Source of the DNA: Podarcis bocagei
Lineage: Eukaryota
DNA: 64,000 nt
Assembly: GCA_964188305.1 (NCBI GenBank)
Contig: OZ076898.1
Direction: 5' to 3' (one strand)
Notes under the pieces: generated by a model
Told to the model about the DNA's origin: nothing
Seen by the model: only the letters and a program-made list of their open reading frames with translations
Database searches by the model: none
Part shown: positions 27,394 to 42,206 of the stretch, piece by piece
How the letters are laid out: each line of letters begins with the position of its first letter
Numbering within the stretch: position 1 is the stretch's first letter
Position numbers and translations under genes: made by a program

Positions 27394-28147
27394 TTAGAGC
27401 ACAGGGGACAGCTTAGTTTCTAATGATTGGCATAAAAGGAAGGGGTGGCAACTGAAGTCATCCTTTGTATTATCAGCTATATGAAGATTTTGGCATGTGG
27501 TTCTTGGGAACTTTCTCTCTGGTTCAAAAGCCCTGCCTCTCAGGGCAAACAAACTCTTCCTCCGATATATAACTCAAGTACATCAGTTGACAGGAGTGCC
27601 ATCCCACATTCTCTTAATCAAACTAATGCAGGTGGTTGTTTGTCATTATCAATGCAGAAAGTCACCAACCCTCTTTTTTTAATGACATTTTTACATTTTA
27701 CCAGGGGTGCTTCACATGTACTGCTGCCACACACCACAGATCCAGATCTGTTGAATACCACAATGAGGACAGAATTGGGCCCTGACAGATTATTTTGCCC
27801 TGGTTACATACACAGAGGGAGATCTGAACATATGTTTTAGTGACATAGGGAAGCTCCCTGCATTCCAAATTGAGAAATCATGTCTCTGTTCTAGAGAGAC
27901 TGACCCTTACAAAAAAGACAGTGAAAGAAAGACAGAGCCTTGATCATCTGACCAAAGGAGCATCCTGCTTCTCAGTGGCCAATCAGATGCTTCTGGGAAG
28001 CTCACAAGCAGAACAAAAAGGCAACAGTCTTCTCATACTCTAGCCACTGATAAAACCTACTCTTCTTGAACCACTTGGCACCTTCCTGAACTCCCTCCCC
28101 ACACAAATATGTGCAAGAAACCTTACTCTTTCACAGCACCAGTCCTA

Positions 28148-28312
<165 letters not shown>

Positions 28313-31300
28313 TCAAATCTTGTGCCTCCAAGGCCACCAGCCACATACCCATCCACCCTCTGGCCCCACCTCTAAAACATCAACACAGTCACACACACAA
28401 AGGTGGCTTCTTCCTTGCCCCCCAACCAGACTCCTACCTGAACTGCACTGCCATGGCATTAATACCGTATTTAGCTCAGTTACCTGCCGGGACCCAAAAT
28501 GGGCATAGAACCAAGGTTTAAAAAAAGACCATAATGTTGGAAGGGGTTAAGGGACTGTCTGCATGAAGGAGAAAGTGCAGAGGTGAGGTTTCAGCTTCAG
28601 CTAAATGTCATTAGCATAGACAAACTGTTCTTTTTCCAGAATGTGAATTCCATTGCCCTGTAGTCGCTGACATACTTCTAAATTGCACATCCCCTCACTA
28701 AGCCAGCTCCAACAGGGGCCTAACTACCAGGGTTCACACCAAGGAAATGTTTACTTTCCAGTCTAGTCTCATATGCGAATGTACAAGCTTGAGCAACCCC
28801 TTTTCCATTCATGGGGGCCACAGAGAGCCATCTGCCTCAGGCATACAGCAAAACATGGCATGCTAATGGAGGAGTCCAGGCTTTAAGGCACACTCCCACA
28901 CGCTTCCGCTTGGTACAATCCAGTGGATGAAGCAGTGGTCTTGTCTTTGTAAATAGGATTCAAATCAAATCCCATCTTTGTTGTGACTCATGAGTTTGCC
29001 TGGCAAGTCATGATCAGAGACTTATTACTAAGCACTGTGCAACTTTCAAACATACGTAAGGGTCAAACATCTGCAGAATCTCAAGTTTCGTTTTAAAGGG
29101 GCACAATTAACTCTCTTCTAGAGTGTGTGGGAAGTTATGAGCAGCCAGAGCAGCAACTAGACACAGTATCCAGTACCAAAAATAGCAGGACACCAGTGTC
29201 CTGCACAGTAACTTACTGGCATCCACCCACCCCTGTTCTTCAACTTCCTCACTCAGATGGCCTAAACCTAAATTGCCTTCCCCGACAATGCAGTATGCCA
29301 CCCAAGACCTTGACTTTCACAGCTCTCAACAAATACATTAAATTTCTGTGAAGTTGGAAATTTTGGACCTGCTGGGGCTCAGAACATCCAGTTTTGTCAG
29401 CATCCCATCTGTAAAACGTTTCTAAATTACAAGCCTGAGCAAATGGCACCAAGAGACAAACTGACACAGCTGACATTCTTAGTTTGGATGCAGAACAGCA
29501 GAGTTCAAGTCCCATCCCAGGGGAGTGAGAGTAGGCCACCACCTCTCAGAATAGTTGTGCAACTAAAGCAAGGTCATATTGAGTGCACTGTGAACTGAAT
29601 CATTAAGCACTGTAAGAGAGCTGAGATCTTTTTGAATTACGGAGATACTTAAGTGTAGCACTGGATTCATGGGTTCTCTATCACACTCCAGATCCTGTTA
29701 CTCTATATATTTTGTTTGCCAGATTCTATGTAATATTTCTTCTTGCACCCCAAAACACTGATTTTTAATAAATGAGGGGAGGGAACCTTTATGTGAACCA
29801 ATTAAAAGTTAACTTCAGGATAGTCTTCAGTAATGCTATTTCTTGCCAAACCCTCACTTTTGTATACAACATTATGGACTGATAACATGTCACCTTGCTG
29901 CTGACTGCCATTCATCATGAATCACTTCTTCTTGCCAGGGAATGGGTGTACTTTTAACTCCCAAGAGCATTGGGTATTAACTTTCCCTTGCCTCAGAGAA
30001 TGGCATGGTAGCAGTTACTCCTAGATCAGCACTTTCAGGATGCAATCTTCAAGCACGATTGGGGAGTAAGAAATCTCACTCTCTTCAACAGAGCTACGTT
30101 AACAATCACTGGACTGTGCTGTCAGCATCACTTAAAGCTAATTCATACATCTCATAGAAACCTTAGAAAAGAACAGAAACTTAGAAGTGTTTTCTAAGCC
30201 ACCTTGAAATCTCCATTCTTGACCACAGCAGGCTATACTCAGCTACTCTCTCGCCTGCTAACCATTTCAAGCTTCTCTTCATAACTGCAAAAGAACTTGG
30301 CTTTTTTTTAAAGCCAAGCTTATTTAGAATGCTTTGTTCTAGGCTAAAAACTGAATTTGGTATTTGAGAGTCCAAGTACACAGAATCCCGAAAACAGAAT
30401 TGTACTTTGAGGAAACCATTTAATCAAACACATTGTCCTGAGGCCAGGCTCTATAAACTGCCTGTGATCCTCAGATGTAGGGCAGTATAGAAATTTAATT
30501 AATTAATTGATGAGGCAATTGCCCTGGGCCTCACACATGGAGAGACCACATTGACAGACAGTACACAATGGGGAAGGGATGACACCGAGAGTACAGTAAG
30601 AGGAAAGGGGGATTAAATTAGTGTACCCAGACCCCAGACAACATCCCAAAGTCATAAAAGGAGCCTGAAAGCAATCACCCCAGATTCCTTGCTGAGTCTC
30701 ATTCACAAGACATTTATCCCAATAGCATCTAACAAAGATCTACCTTCCTACAGTTTAAATAAGCTGCTAGTCACCCTACTCTCAGCAAACACAGCAAATT
30801 CTCCTCTGCTTCTGATGCCTTTCTAAGTATCTGAGAATTCTTTTTTTCAAAGGAGCACCATCTAATTCTGAATGTCTGAACCAAGATTTTAGCTCTTGCT
30901 AAAAACTCACAGCTTTCTCCTGAATGCAGAGAGACCAGAAGAGCATGGGGAAAACACACATTTCCCAAGTAACATATGGGAAGAAAGAATGCACGGGACG
31001 GGAAGCAGGCGTGGGAAGTATATATAGACACACATATCCATACACACTAACAGAGGCACTCAATTATGAAAGAAAACCACATGCATAACCCTTATGAGAT
31101 CAACCCAGAAATGAGAGCTTACGCTCAGCATGCAAAGTTACCACCGACACTCTCCGAACCCTATAGGGATTTGTGGGGTGTTTCCTCTCCACCACAGGTC
31201 CCCCCCTCTCCAACAGGGGCAAGGGGAAAACCGGGGTGCTTTTCCTTTGGTTTATAATTGCACATGCCAAAACTTGCATTTAACAACTCCTGCTGGAGTT

Positions 31301-31648
31301 AGCAAGCAGAGCATGTCTGCAGGTTAAGGGCCTGTTCCACCCCCTCCCGCTGTAACATTAAGCACAGCGAGAGAAAGGAAACTCAAGTTATTCTTAAGAG
31401 TGCAGGATGGAGAATTCACTTGGGGTTGGGGTTGGGGGGTGGGACAGGTGAAATGTGCTACGGACCCGGCTCTTCCCTGGCTGGTGAGGGGAGGGCTTCT
31501 TACCGGCTCTCGGTCGGGCACGGCGGCCGGGGTCTTCGCAAAAAGGCCGAAGCCTTCTCCGACTAACATTCGGGGAGAGTTGTTGTTTTTTTGGGGGGAA
31601 CAAAAAGCAGAAGTGATCAGAACACTAACTCGATGGTGTCTGCCGCTA

Positions 31649-31975
<327 letters not shown>

Positions 31976-31978
31976 CTA

Positions 31979-32257
<279 letters not shown>

Positions 32258-32264
32258 TCAGTCA

Positions 32265-32567
<303 letters not shown>

Positions 32568-33018
32568 TTAAGGATGTGTGGTATGGCCTATGGGGGGGGG
32601 GTGATTAGATGCCTGCACTGAAGGGCCAGATAATGAAAATTGCTGGCTCAGGGGTTCTTAAGGGAAGAATTCCACCCTTGCGATGAAAGAGGTTAAACAG
32701 TCAGTACACAAACTGTGGAAGTGATAGAATCAAGTTGTTACCTAAGTCATATACTCTGCATGTATACAATGAATGGAATTTCCACCAAGTGTGTCCCACA
32801 TTCTAGAGCAAATTCCACAACAAAAATCATGTTATCTATATAAATAAGCAAGGCATTGCTCAGAATCCCCTGCATCCAGAAAAGCCTAGCCAAACTCTCT
32901 CCTGACCTCTCCCACCAACAGATTATGTGATATTCTAAACTTGTCATATTCTGCATGTTGGAATCACACCCATCTGAAGTGCCCTCTTACACTTGCCTCA
33001 ATGCATGTACATGCCTCA

Positions 33019-33237
<219 letters not shown>

Positions 33238-34439
33238 CTACTTGCCTGCTGCGATGGTAGCAAACTTTGGGGCTATGGGGGGATTGCAGTCCCACACATT
33301 ATTCACTTTAAAAAGAAATGGAAACAACTCTTTGGTCTTTTTTTTTTTGGTAGAGATATTCAAATAATGACCACCCATATTTAATTCCCTGGTCATTTAG
33401 GCACTAACAGTGCACTTCTATACAAGTCTACCCAGACAGAGGCAACACTAAATTCAGTGGGACTTATTCCAAGTATGTATAGGATTACAGCCCAAATATT
33501 ATTATTTCCAATTTCCACCCAAATAGCTGTTTTTCTTTACTCTGAATCCACCTCTGTTCCAGATATTTGGTCATCTCTGCCAGAGGCATACCATGTGTGC
33601 AGAAGGAGGATATGAATTAAGAGTTCTGGAAAGGGATTACAGTTGGTTCACCTCAAAAGGTATGGCAGATTATGTATAGCCCTTTTGGAAATAAAATCCC
33701 TTCATCTGTGTCACACAGTAATGTCCCTTGACAGATTTGGACAGTGAAAAAGGAGGACTGGAATCAATGCTGGAATACTGCATAGTTCTAACTCTTAAGT
33801 TCCAGCTTAGTAAAAACACTGCAAAAGCTCAAGCGAGTCACCTTGCTTGGTACTACAGAAAGCAAATATCCCAATCCACAGTAATTTGCCATTCTAATAT
33901 TGGAACAATTCGTTCCCACCTGAACACTTGGTAAACCCTGAAAGAAACGTGAAAGAAGAAACTAATGTACTTGGGGGAAGAGAAAGTGGCCAAAATAGAA
34001 CAGCAATTATAAGCCTCTGCAGCCAGATTACCAACCTCAACTCCCTACCATTTTGAACATGAGAGAAAACATGAAACTTCTTTCCTACGGCACGCCCCCC
34101 CCCATTGTTAAGGACTGAAGAATTTGTAATTTACTCAATTCCAAAAGAGAAGAGCATTGCAGTTAACTCTTGCATATCAAAAGACCTGGTCTAAAACATG
34201 ATATCTCAGAAAGGAATATTTAAGAACTAGGTGATTAAAGAAAGATGAAGCCAGCAGCACATGGCTGTCACAATCCAACATAATTCTGGCACCTGCTGCA
34301 TTGTCCTGACACTATTTTGGAGTCCTGTTAGCAGGATGAAGAGATCTGAATGCTGAATTCAGCCTCACCTGGCTTGTGTTTTCACTGTGAACTTATTCCC
34401 CCAAATTTTCAGCAAAGCATCTTCCTTTCAACACCCCTA

Positions 34440-34673
<234 letters not shown>

Positions 34674-35551
34674 CTAGCTATTAAAAATTGAAGATTCTAA
34701 TCTGGAAATATCACAAGGCATATCACTCCTCATTTGGAGAGACTGATAACAAAACTACACAGCATTCACTTTTTAAAGGAACTGACACAAGTAAATTATG
34801 ATTATTGCTTATATACCACATTTTATTCCAAGTGATTTCCAGTTGGTTTATATGATAATAAACAAATGACATGCCATTAAGTGGGGTAGGAAGGGTGAGG
34901 GTGGAGATGAGACCTAGCAAGTAAACAATTTTCTTAAATCACAAAAAGTCTAACAAGTTACTTCTCTATTTCTGGAAGGACAAAATATCATTTTCAAAAA
35001 AACAGGTAAGTCAATATCCAATCTTTAAGCAGCTTCCAAGCACAAATGAATTTTTTCTTATAATTGGCCGATAATCCTAATTTAAGGATTTTAGCACTCA
35101 CAGTTGTAGGAATATGTCTGTTTAAGTGTAATAGCAGAACACCAACCTCAAGTACCAGAATCAAGGAGAGAAAAAGAGATCTAGATTCAGATAGTAGATA
35201 AATGAGTTGGCAGTTTTTAACATTCATATGGCAATGTTAAGAGACTTTTTCCCAGTTAAAGCAGACATATTTTAAATGTAAAATCAAAAAGAGAACCAAG
35301 TGAAGCCCACTTATTTGCCTAGCTGTGTAGTGAGAAAAATTGATCCAGAGTTCTTCCTCCACCAAGGGAAAACATCTGACTTCAATTTGATTTCTTCAGG
35401 AATGGAGATGCATGCTTGAAATTGGGAGAACATTTCAGAAGGAAAATAAGAACCTCCAAAGGTCAACACAAGTTTGTATTTGCATTAATTTGCATGGTAG
35501 AGGAACATGCTCAAGTAGTTGCAACATATAACACTGTTTTACAATACATTA

Positions 35552-35767
<216 letters not shown>

Positions 35768-35824
35768 TTAATGTACCAGTCATGTCCACTCTACACTTGT
35801 TTCAGTTTGGGACACCATCTACAT

Positions 35825-35960
35825 CAGGCTTCCTCAACCTCAGCCCTCCAAATGTTTTTGGCCTACAGCTCCCATGATCCCTAGCTAGCAGGACCAGTGG
35901 TCAGGGATGATGGGAATTGTAGTCCCAAAACATCTGGAGGGCCGAGGTTGAGGAAGCCTG
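35825..35960. mobile_element. Palindromic hAT-type MITE
   Basis: TIRs plus a perfect 8-bp TSD ATCTACAT (35817-35824 and 35961-35968). Confidence 0.9.
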
Positions 35961-36073
35961 ATCTACATAGACCAGGGTGGATAAAAATCAATGAGAATAT
36001 ATATATATATATATATATATATGCAGGTTTTGGTGTCTTCGGGTGTCTTCCCGTGTAAGAGTTGGGGTGTCTA

Positions 36074-36113
36074 GGCGACGTTTCGACGAGGTCTCACTCG
36101 TCATCTTCAGGCT
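36074..36113 (-). ncRNA. Hammerhead ribozyme core, copy 1 (sense to U2AF2)
   Basis: CUGAAGA-U-GACGAG/CUCGUC-GAAA-CGUC; helix I is weak (about 2 bp). Confidence 0.6.
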
Positions 36114-36226
36114 GGTGCTTTCGGCTTCTTGTTACTGGAACAGATGCTTTCGTAGATTTTCACGGGTACAGGAATGCAGGTTTTGGTGTCTTCGGGTATC
36201 TTCCCGTGTAAGAGTTGGGGTGTCTA

Positions 36227-36266
36227 GGCGACGTTTCGACGAGGTCTCACTCGTCATCTTCAGGCT
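36227..36266 (-). ncRNA. Hammerhead ribozyme core, copy 2 (sense to U2AF2)
   Basis: Core identical to copy 1. Confidence 0.6.
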
Positions 36267-36330
36267 GGTGCTTTCGGCTTCTTGTTACTAGAACAGAGCT
36301 CTGTTCTAGTAACAAGAAGCCGAAAGCACC

Positions 36331-36370
36331 AGCCTGAAGATGACGAGTGAGACCTCGTCGAAACGTCGCC
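36331..36370 (+). ncRNA. Hammerhead ribozyme core, copy 3 (antisense to U2AF2)
   Basis: CTGAAGA 36334-36340; helix II 36342-36359; GAAA 36360-36363; GTC ending at 36367. Confidence 0.6.
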
Positions 36371-36418
36371 TAGACACCCCAACTCTTACACGGGAAGATA
36401 CCCGAAGACACCAAAACC

Positions 36419-36457
<39 letters not shown>

Positions 36458-37102
36458 ATTTCTTTGAGGCTACTCATCAGGAAATAAGGATTTGTTAAGT
36501 TTTTCACGTGTGCTAAAACTCAGTCTAAGTTGTTGTTTTTTTAAAGTTTAACCACATCAGTTAACAAACATGGATATGTATGCTATAATGTTATTGCTTT
36601 AGTTAAATAAATTGTTTAAATTGTTATTAAGGAAATGACAATTTTTCTCCTTCCAATAAAGTGCAGCAGAAAAGTTGTCCAAATATAAACAGTTAATTTA
36701 TTAAACCTCACAATAATTTCATAATTATCTGCCTATGTATTTCTAATAGTATAACCAAATCAGGAATTTTTGATTTAACTGTAAAAACTACTCTGAAAAT
36801 TTATTATTATAAAAATGAAACCTTGATCTGGTTGTAAATATTAAGATTATGCCAGGAAGAATAAGTCTTTCTGTTAAAAAAAAAGAGAGATTTAAATCAA
36901 GTCTTACTGACTAGTGATTTAAATCAAATCCACCCTGACATAAAGACTCCAGGGCAGATCCCTTTTAATAGTAACCCCCAGGATGAATCCCAGCACTGAA
37001 TGTGATAATTGTATCTGCACCCAAGATCTGATTGCATGGCTGCCTTTGTTAACTGTGGAAGTGACAACCCTGTCAGCACAAGGAAGAAGTAGCAATACTC
37101 AC

Positions 37103-37132
37103 CTCAGGGGACCCGCTAGGCTTAGGGGTGAT
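37103..37132 (-). CDS. U2AF2: Probable U2AF65 exon 3, a 30-nt microexon (SPLSLAGPL)
   Basis: Strong acceptor ttttgtttctcaatttcag| and donor GAG|gtgagt; phase 2 to 2, stop-free; occupies the position of the mammalian 45-nt exon 3. Confidence 0.7.
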
Positions 37133-38702
37133 CTGAAATTGAGAAACAAAATGGGTTTGTAACCATTCCTGGTGGATACAACAGGCCCAGGTAGCCAACT
37201 CAGTAACAGCAGCAGGGCCCCATGTGCCCTGACAGAGACTGTGGTCCAAGAAACAATAGCGTAGAGACCACCACTGATCTATTAATGCAGCAACAGATAA
37301 TTTTGTAACTTCGTTAAAAGGGAGAGAGAATAGTCAAACTTACGCTAGACAGTGCATCTGTCTAGAGAGGATGTTAGACAGCAGAAATAAACCAGTGCTT
37401 TATTAGCATCCGTGAACAAGATGGTGAGCTTTTCAAAGACGTTAATCAAACCGTTCTCTGACTGTCATAGTTGCATTACATGCACATAGAGCAAAGGCAG
37501 ACAGTGGTGATAGGGCTGCAACACACATCTGAGCCAAGAAAATGGAAGTGTGCTGACTAGCAGGAGATGAGATTATTATTTAATTTAAAGATTTCTATCC
37601 TGTCCATTGCTCCAAGGAGAATCAAAGCTACTGGCAAACAATAACAAAAAACCTAAAACAGTTACAACAACCCCCTTTTTTAAAAAATCAGAGTATATGT
37701 ATTTAAGTTGTATTCAACCTGATTAACAAATTTCAGCATCAAATAAGCAACAGAACCAAGACAGTAATTTTATCTGTAGAGCAGTTATGGTGCTTTCCAA
37801 TCTCGGTCACTAAGAGAGGAACTCTGTGTGCATGTGCACGCACATACAGAGACTATTTCAGAAGTTGACACAGTATGAATCTGGTTTTGTGCCCCAAAGT
37901 GCTTCACTACCACTCTCATATGCAGTCAAGAGTGGAACCTTCCCTTCTTTCTTGCTCCCCAACAGTTTGCCAAATTCTGTAATCCTGCCCCAACCCCCAA
38001 AGCAGAACAGATGTGAAAACTACAATGCACACTAAGAATGATTAATTGGGTACATTGCCTCTACTAGTCTTGTGTGCTCCTATGTAGCTATGGCACAGCT
38101 TCTTTTCATTTCAGTGGCACTTAAGCATAAGGCTTTCCTAGGAAATGGTACATACAATCAACCAATTTACTTTGAGCAGAATTGCCATTTCCCTTGAACT
38201 GAATTTCAATTTCACCCTTGCTGGCCATACATTATAATCATCTAAGTTTCTGCCATTTGCTAATTCACACTGCCTTTCTTTCTAAAAATCAATCAATCCC
38301 AAGTGGTTCTATACCAGAAAGAGCCCTTAAGCGTTCTTTCCCATATGAATACCCACCATCTTGTTCTTCTACTAACATGTTTCAAATCATGATTTTGACA
38401 TGCATACAACAGAAATTAAATTGTAGGTCTCCATGCAGAGGAAGTTTATTTTTATGTACAGATCCTAATCAGGCACTTTATAAATAATTAGCATCTCAAA
38501 AAAACAGAGATGGTACTTGGAAGCTTTGAATACAAGGGTTAAAAAGCTCCTTGATGTTTGCAAAGAGCTTTCAGCAAAAAGTCAGCGTAAGGATGAGAGA
38601 GCCTCCTAAGACAGGTCTGCTCAGTTAAGAACAACTTCTTCATGGATAACAGAAAATGAATGAGGCAGGACTAAGTTTGTCCCAATGAATCTTATGCATC
38701 TA

Positions 38703-39005
<303 letters not shown>

Positions 39006-41923
39006 TTACCACTCCCCCTAGGAAAATCAACTCAAATATACTCATAAAATTGGAAATGTGTGGTATGTAGAAACGAAGGGTGCATTTCCCCAGGTTACTC
39101 TCAACAGCCACTGCTTCAAGAGTGATGCAACTTGATAGACCCATTTCTTATGAGTCTTGTCTGGTTGCAAATTACCAAACTCACAAATGCTGTATGGCAA
39201 CGGATCATCTCATGAACAGGTATTTATCCAGTACAACAGTGGCGGCTGCTAATGAGAAGAAGGGTCAGAAAGCCCTCATGTGCCAAGAATAAACTTGACA
39301 GGCTGGTTAGGCTGTGTGTTTTTGTAGATAGGTTGCGCCTATGCTTAACAAGGATTTGGGATATGATATTTTGTGCCCGTACATCTCCTCAATCAAGAGT
39401 TGATAAGCTGTGGTCCTTCAGATGCTGCCAGACTACAAGTCCATCATCTCTGGCCATTGCTCATGATGATTAGGGCAGATGTGAGTTGGAATTTAACATC
39501 TAGAGGGTCATGTCTGCCCTAAATCAAGTTCAGCACCTACCATTCTCTATAAAAGGCCATAATTAAATTGGCCACACTTGTAGAAGACAATGGGCAATAA
39601 CTGCCCTTGGAAAAAGGGGTCAGCGAGAAGCTATAAAGAGGCAGGATAGGAGGTTCTTTCTAGTTTCTCATTGCTAACATTCATGAGATAAATTTTAGCA
39701 AGGTGTGATTATCTCAAGATCAGCTTTTACCAAATCTAGCAAGCTGGGGCTCTTTTTGAGGAAAGAAAAGTCCTGATGCTCCAAGGAATTAACATGGCTC
39801 AATCTTTGGGAAGTTAAAACAGTTATTGATGGGTCTCTTAAAGGAAATGCATGAAATCAGAGGCTGCAAACTCTTCTAAGGAAGAACTGGATGATTGAAA
39901 AGGATACACTAGGAAGAAAATGCTGTAAGGTGCTGTTTTTGCTGTTTATATTCCAACTATCTCTGCTTTCCATTTTTTAAAAACAGCAGCTAAAGAAGCT
40001 GCAGCTATCATCTATCATTTAGCTAAAAACTGAAAAACAAAACTAGCGACAACTCATGCAGCTGTGCTGGAAAGGAACAATACAGAGCAATGTTGTACAA
40101 TGACCAGCACAAAGCAGTATTTGTAATGGCACATCTGTTGCTGTATCATGCAAGGCTTGGGCGTGTTAAGGCTCTCTGGTAACAGGAATGTTTGGGTTTC
40201 TGCCTTGGGAGAACCAAAGCAAAGCAGAGGTCCATATAGGTGAAATCTGCAATGCTTTTGGTTTATTTTCAGTGCAAGGAAGCAAAACAAACAAAACAGT
40301 GCTGTGGTACCAACACTTATTTTTGGAGTTCCAAGGAGAAGACCCTGTTTTCTCCTATTACCACAGGCTATCAATCCAAATCACTCATCTTTGTTTTACA
40401 AAGGAATCCATTCCTGCCTTGGGCAGTTTTAGTGCAAAATGTAGTGCTAAATGGCTTTCTTCAAAAGGCGTTTATGACATTCCTTTGAGGCCCTGTCACT
40501 CCTACATTCTGCCCCACACAGTCTTTGCTAGGGATTCTAGATCCAAGGCAAAATACAAGACCATTTCATACTTTTTAAAAACTTTTTGAATGCTTCCCCT
40601 CATGCCTGCTAAATGAACGCAATCTTCTGGGGTCCCAGTCCAGCATCAAAAATATATTGTTAAATGAAACAGTGAAGATCCTTTCACATTGTCAAAGGCA
40701 AATAGCCTATTATTGTGTGTGTCTGCAGATTTGAATGGTAACCCTGCACTAGCCTTAGAAAAGGAATAGAACAGAATCTCTGATCACTTCCTGAAGTCAT
40801 ACACGAGCAGCAATTCTGAATTCCTACTTCACAAATCCAACTGAGATAACTGGGTAGTAAGGACGCTATCAGATGGCATTCAACCTACCCAGGTCTTGCC
40901 AGCTAGTGTAGAAACTACCTACCTCAGGGGTCAATTCCTTTGCTGGAAATTTATGCACCCAGGGGAGGTCCATCTCACCACTGGGAACCACTATCAGAGG
41001 CCCATATTGACTGACATTGATAGGCAACTAAAGTTTGTGGTTACTAGGAACCTGTCCCTCCCTCAAGGGTCAAGAGCTTGGTCTTTGACCCTTGTGAAGT
41101 AAATGACAACTGTCTGTTTCAAGGCTGAAGTTGGAAAAGATGACTGGAGCTTGTTATTTTGAAGTAGTAAAGAAGTGCAGCCCCACCTTGGGGCTGAGCA
41201 GGAATTGCCCCAGCAGAAGAGCAACTGTCAGGAAAACCCCCACCCCCACTCTACAGCTGCTTGGGGTATGTCAGAGGGCAGGCGGAACACTTGCCACAAG
41301 AGAATTTGTGGACATAACTGGTATGCATAACTGGTATTTGTACATACAACAGTTGCTTATACAGTTTGCCATAGATAGCAGTGATCAGCTACTACTTACA
41401 TCCAACTGCCTATTATACTAGACAGGGTGAGTTTGCGCTACCTGCCCTTTTTCAGAATCAGAATGACATTATCACATACAGCCCATTAGAAGAGTCTGGA
41501 CAAATCAGATCCTAGGAAATTTCCAGAGTGCACACGTCTCTACTAAAAACTCTGTGATTAGTATGATAGTAAGGCATGCCCTATTAAAAAGGTCCACCTT
41601 ATGCCATGCCTGCAAATAGCAACTAGTCTGATCACCTGGGGCAAACAAAACAGCCCTCAATTAATTAGGCAGAGATGCCTTACAAATGTTGGTAGCTTGC
41701 ATTTTCTTTTTCCATGCGGACAGGCAATTTTTGCAGTTGCATTTCAAGGTTGCATTCTGTCTGTATTCATGTGAACACTTGGCTATGAAATAAATACTGT
41801 GGGATTGCTGCCTAAAGCAAGGAGCAGCCTGTGGTCCTTCAGATGTTGCTGGACTGCTACTCCCATCTTCCCTGACCTCTGGGCTAAGCAGTCTGGGACC
41901 ACTGGGAGTGCCTTGCCCTAAGG

Positions 41924-42072
41924 CAGGCATGGCCAAACTCGGCCCTCCAGATATTTGGGACTACAATTCCCATCATCCCTGACCAGGGATGTTGTAGTTG
42001 ACCAGGGAGGAGGGAGTTGACCAGGGAGTTGTAGTCCCAAAACTTCTGGAGGGCCAAGTTTGGCCATGCCTG
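41924..42072. mobile_element. Palindromic hAT-type MITE
   Basis: CAGGCATGGCCAAAC...GTTTGGCCATGCCTG; TSD ccctaagg/cactaagg. Confidence 0.85.
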
Positions 42073-42206
42073 CACTAAGGGAATCATTTTGTGTTGTATT
42101 TGTCCCAGTGCATCGCAGGAAGCACCACCAAAAATATGCAAGAGTAAAGTCATGCTATCGAGAAAGGAGCCAACGTGTATCTCTATTGGGGATCCAATAT
42201 GGAGTA

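Larger units (their letters stand above)
36021..36423. mobile_element. ORF-less Penelope (Poseidon-like) terminal-repeat insert: two direct copies and one inverted copy
   Basis: ~124-bp unit at 36021-36144 and 36174-36298, inverted copy at 36299-36423; each has CTGAAGATGACGAG...CTCGTCGAAACGTC; (TA)n on both sides. Confidence 0.8.
35973..36937. mobile_element. Non-autonomous hAT-like DNA transposon hosting the Penelope insert
   Basis: TIRs CAGGGTGGAT...ATCCACCCTG; imperfect TSD acatagac / acata(aa)gac; AT-rich interior. Confidence 0.75.

Noticed and set aside
36021-36423. CRISPR-like or coding reading of the repeated unit (82-aa ORF)
   Set aside because: Eukaryotic context, long units with no spacer series; better explained as Penelope terminal repeats.
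37345-37365. IRE-like CAGTGC loop
   Set aside because: On the non-transcribed strand, intronic, and lacking the 5-bp upper stem with C bulge.
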